Source: Pyrinomonadaceae bacterium
GTDB taxonomy: Bacteria > Acidobacteriota > Blastocatellia > Pyrinomonadales > Pyrinomonadaceae
Direction of reading: 5' to 3'
DNA length: 64,000 nucleotides
NCBI GenBank assembly: GCA_051000345.1
Contig: JBPCOJ010000106.1
Coordinates: forward strand, 1,775-65,774
Shown here: positions 61,166 through 64,000 of the stretch, one piece after another
Position numbering within the stretch: the first letter of the stretch is position 1
How the letters are laid out: each line of letters begins with the position of its first letter
Notes under the pieces: generated by a model
What the model saw: only the letters and a program-made list of their open reading frames with translations
The model's database searches: none
Told to the model about the DNA's origin: nothing
Translations under genes and position numbers: made by a program

Positions 61166-61181
61166 CGGCATAATCCTTGCT
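61166..61181 (+). promoter_or_regulatory. sigma54 (-24/-12) type promoter upstream of the 61250 gene
   Basis: cGGCATaatccTTGCT versus consensus TGGCAC-N5-TTGCW, with canonical GG/GC spacing. It lies about 70 nt before the ATG. Confidence 0.55.
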
Positions 61182-61249
61182 CTATGCTGTATCGAAATCT
61201 GTTACTTCTCTCCCGACGACATAAATTCTAAAAAAAGGAAATCAAACAA

Positions 61250-62224
61250 ATGAAGAAACAACTACTTTGTATCGCGGGCAGTTTTACTCTTTCGCTAGTC
61301 GCTGCTGGCGCGACGCTTGCGCAAGATACAATGCCACAGCAGCAGACCACTACCACAACCACCACACAGACAACTCAAACAACCCAAAACGCTGACGGCA
61401 GCTATACGGTAATTCAGTATCCGACGGACAAGGAAGTGATGGTCAATCTCTCGCCGACGACGATGATTCCCGGCGCTTCCGGCACAGCAAAGATTATGCG
61501 CAGCGGCACGAGCACCGCCGTCGATCTTAATCTGATAGGCTTGACCGGCGACACAACCGGCTACAATGTTTATGCCGTTGATTCATCGGGCAAAGCTACT
61601 TTACTCGGCCCCGTGACGGTTGATAACGGCACAGCGAAACTGACCACGACAACGCCGCTCGACAAGTTTATGCTGGTGCTCTCGCCCGAAGCGAATCTGA
61701 CGACAGTCGGCGCGAACAACAACGTCGTGTTGCGCAGTGCAGTACCCGAAGGTTTTGCGGTTGTGCCTGTCGCGCAAAGCGGCCCGAAGGATGGCGCGCC
61801 CATTGGCGAACGCGTCGTAGCGACCACTACGGCGGGCGCAACTTCTGTTTATAACGCTCCGCTGCTCGGCATTCCTAACTTTCGTCGCGGCACGGACACG
61901 CACCTCAAAGTAAGATTTGCGGGCGCAATGTCAGGCACGCGCGCCAATGTTTTTCTAGAGCCGCGCAAAGACGGCCCGACTGAAATCAAGATGCGTTTCC
62001 ACGATCTTAAACTCGCTCCGGCGAATTCCAGACTGATTCTGTGGGCGGTTGCTCCCGATAACACCTACACAAAAATCGGTCAGGTAATTAACACGGGCGG
62101 ACGCAACGAAACGGAAATCAAAGGCGAAACAGCGCTCAAGGATTTCGGCCTCTTCGTAACTGCCGAAACCACCGACGCACCTTCGCCGACAAGCCCGATT
62201 GTCGGAACCATCGTCGTTCGTTAA
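61250..62224 (+). CDS. secreted protein with Thr/Gln-rich linker, unknown function
   Basis: 324 aa with a signal peptide (MKKQLLCIAGSFTLSLVAAGATLAQ), a QQQTTTTTTTQTTQTTQ linker, then beta-rich sequence. Confidence 0.6.
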   Translation: MKKQLLCIAGSFTLSLVAAGATLAQDTMPQQQTTTTTTTQTTQTTQNADGSYTVIQYPTDKEVMVNLSPTTMIPGASGTAKIMRSGTSTAVDLNLIGLTGDTTGYNVYAVDSSGKATLLGPVTVDNGTAKLTTTTPLDKFMLVLSPEANLTTVGANNNVVLRSAVPEGFAVVPVAQSGPKDGAPIGERVVATTTAGATSVYNAPLLGIPNFRRGTDTHLKVRFAGAMSGTRANVFLEPRKDGPTEIKMRFHDLKLAPANSRLILWAVAPDNTYTKIGQVINTGGRNETEIKGETALKDFGLFVTAETTDAPSPTSPIVGTIVVR

Positions 62225-62276
62225 GCCAAACACGCAACAAAAACCCGTTCGCAGTCGAGCGAGCAAACAAGCAAAT

Positions 62277-62313
62277 AAAAAGAGGCCGCCTTGAATTAAG
62301 GCGGCCTCTTTTG
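62277..62313. terminator. bidirectional Rho-independent terminator
   Basis: Stem agaggccgcctt / aaggcggcctct (12 bp), flanked by an A-run and a T-run. It sits between convergent genes. Confidence 0.85.
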
Positions 62314-62363
62314 CTACGCCGGTTAAGACTCGAAAACACTGAACGCAACTCAACGATTTGCTT

Positions 62364-63800
62364 TTAATTTCCCGCCGTGTTCGTGAAGAGTTTTTGGTCT
62401 ATGCGCGCCGGATCGCCGATTACGACAAAGCGTATGTTGCGCATGTAAAGACGCGCGACGCGCTCGACATCGGCGGGCTTGACGGCACGCACTTTTTCAA
62501 TAAAGTCGAGCGAGGTGCGCCAGCCGCCGCCGATAAGTTCATAGCGCGCGAGTTCTCCGACCTGTGCTCCGTTGGTTTCCTGATCGAGATAATAATTCGT
62601 CAAAAACTGCGCGACGATGGCGGTTACATCTTCCGTCCCGATGGGTTCATGTTGCAGCCGCGCGATTTCGTCGAGCATCACGCGCGTCGCTTGATTAGCG
62701 TCAACGGCTGTCACGTAGATGCCGCCGATGTTGGCATCCTGACTGCCGAGAAAAGCGTTCGGCGCATACGAGAGATTTCGTTTGACGCGCACTTCCTCAA
62801 ACACTCGGTCACGCAGAATGCTGGAGGCGACGCGCATCGCATAAATGTCCGGCGAGGTCAAGGGCGGCGCGGCAAATAGTCCCTGTATGTAGTTGGTCGG
62901 CAGGCCGCGCTTCGTCACTTCAACCGACGGCGTATTAAAGGCGAGAGGCGGCGCGGGTTGCTGATGATAATCGCCGCGCGGCAGCTTGCCGAACGAATCA
63001 GCAATGCGCCCGCGCAAGGTCGCCGCATCTAGGTCGCCGACAATCACGAGCAGTAATCTGGATGTTTGCAAAAGCTGCGTGTGATAGCGCCGCAAATCGT
63101 CTGCGGTCAAGCGCGCGACTGATTCAACTGTTCCCTGCGGGCGATTGCGATACGGATGGTTGGCGTAAGCGACGTGTTCCTGTAAGCGCTGCAAATAAGT
63201 ATCCGGGTCGTCCGTGTCGTCGCTAAGCGCGGTGACGGTGCGGCTGCGCTCGCGCTCGACATCGTCGGGGGCGAACGCCGGACGAAGCGCGATGTCCGTG
63301 AAGATTTCCCAAGAGCGATCAAAGTTCCGGCGCGTCGTGCCGAGCGTCAGCGCAGAGTAATCATAGTTTGCGCCGGAGCCGATCACGGTTCCCATGCGCG
63401 CGAGTTCGGAGCGCAATCGTTCACGCGGAAAATTCCGGCTCGCTTCCGTCGCGGCGTCGAGCATTAAGGCTTCGATGCCTGCGTTCTCGGCAGTGATGTT
63501 GCGCGAGCCGCCGCGTATAAAAAGCCCTGCGGAAACGGTCTGGCTGCCCACGCGTTTTTTAACGAGCACTTTAAGGCCGTTGACTTCAAACTCTGTGACG
63601 AGCGCCGCTTCCTTTGCGGCAATGCTTTTCTCGGCGGGCGTGGCAACGGTTTGTTGCTGCTGCTGCGTAGTCGCCGATTGTGTGGCGATTGATTGCGCGG
63701 GCGTTGTTGCTGCTGCTGTCGCCGCCGCGAGAATTAAAGCGAGGCAGAAAGCGGCGGACTGCGCTGACCGCGCCGCGCGCTGGTGAAATTTATTTATCAT
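62364..63800 (-). CDS. M16 (pitrilysin) family peptidase, probably the non-catalytic subunit
   Basis: 478 aa with a signal peptide and the M16 two-domain fold by eye. No HxxEH motif is visible. Confidence 0.8.
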   Translation of the reverse strand: MINKFHQRAARSAQSAAFCLALILAAATAAATTPAQSIATQSATTQQQQQTVATPAEKSIAAKEAALVTEFEVNGLKVLVKKRVGSQTVSAGLFIRGGSRNITAENAGIEALMLDAATEASRNFPRERLRSELARMGTVIGSGANYDYSALTLGTTRRNFDRSWEIFTDIALRPAFAPDDVERERSRTVTALSDDTDDPDTYLQRLQEHVAYANHPYRNRPQGTVESVARLTADDLRRYHTQLLQTSRLLLVIVGDLDAATLRGRIADSFGKLPRGDYHQQPAPPLAFNTPSVEVTKRGLPTNYIQGLFAAPPLTSPDIYAMRVASSILRDRVFEEVRVKRNLSYAPNAFLGSQDANIGGIYVTAVDANQATRVMLDEIARLQHEPIGTEDVTAIVAQFLTNYYLDQETNGAQVGELARYELIGGGWRTSLDFIEKVRAVKPADVERVARLYMRNIRFVVIGDPARIDQKLFTNTAGN

Positions 63801-64000
63801 TGCCGATTAGTTCTTCCGGTTTGAGTCCTGTTTTCGTTGCGGCGTCTTCGCTCATTATGGCGAGTCCGACGTGCGGTTTGCCTTGAATATAATTTGCCAC
63901 GTAGCGGCTGATGTCGGCGCGCGAAGTGGCGCGCAGATTTTTCAGATAGCCGCGAAAATAATCCAGCCCCGTCGAAGCCCACCAGAAACTGATCGTATGC
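63790..64000 (-). CDS. M16 family peptidase, C-terminal fragment (gene continues past the right edge)
   Basis: Missing from the ORF track in this frame. My translation gives HTISFWWASTGLDYFRGYLKNLRATSRADISRYVANYIQGKPHVGLAIMSEDAATKTGLKPEELIGNDK*. Its TAA stop (63792-63790) overlaps the downstream ATG (63800) in ATGATAAATAA. Confidence 0.7.
   Translation of the reverse strand, partial: HTISFWWASTGLDYFRGYLKNLRATSRADISRYVANYIQGKPHVGLAIMSEDAATKTGLKPEELIGNDK

Overview
This is a GC-rich chromosomal window with about 50 protein genes and short intergenic gaps. Nearly all of it is housekeeping or envelope content. I saw no rRNA, tRNA, CRISPR array, transposase, integrase or recognisable defence genes. 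Gene content suggests an Acidobacteria-like Gram-negative, which is inference only: CarboxypepD_reg-type TonB receptor, a giant SBBP/Calx-beta/DUF4214 protein, a fused E1 alpha/beta dehydrogenase, and heptose-LPS genes. Recognisable blocks: an expanded prkA-yeaH-spoVR stress module (1555-7707, minus); truB/recX; alaS; an envelope cluster (3D-domain protein, dapF, ydjM-like, dacB, heptose kinase, GT9, trm112-like); a c-di-GMP pair (HD-GYP plus GGDEF) behind a sigma54-type promoter; a dnaK-dnaJ-hspR operon with a HAIR-like operator; pgsA; acyl-CoA dehydrogenase and fused E1; and an M16 peptidase pair. The most unusual locus is a visibly AT-richer island of about 0.8 kb (about 14580-15388). It abuts a 5'-truncated TPR/HTH regulator. 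It carries a promoter-equipped 70-aa secreted mini-protein with two tandem AGIIHTG repeats, and the hexapeptide GIIHTG recurs in the neighbouring 1142-aa surface protein. Second-tier signals are: a 480-bp non-coding gap between convergent genes with a long hairpin and a thrice-repeated G5/C5 motif (candidate sRNA); two copies of a 74-bp palindromic REP-like element; intercistronic hairpins built from short oligo repeats; and two -24/-12 promoters with no activator gene in the window. Hand-located motif coordinates may be off by 1-2 nt. CDS coordinates follow the supplied ORF track, with internal starts derived by codon arithmetic.
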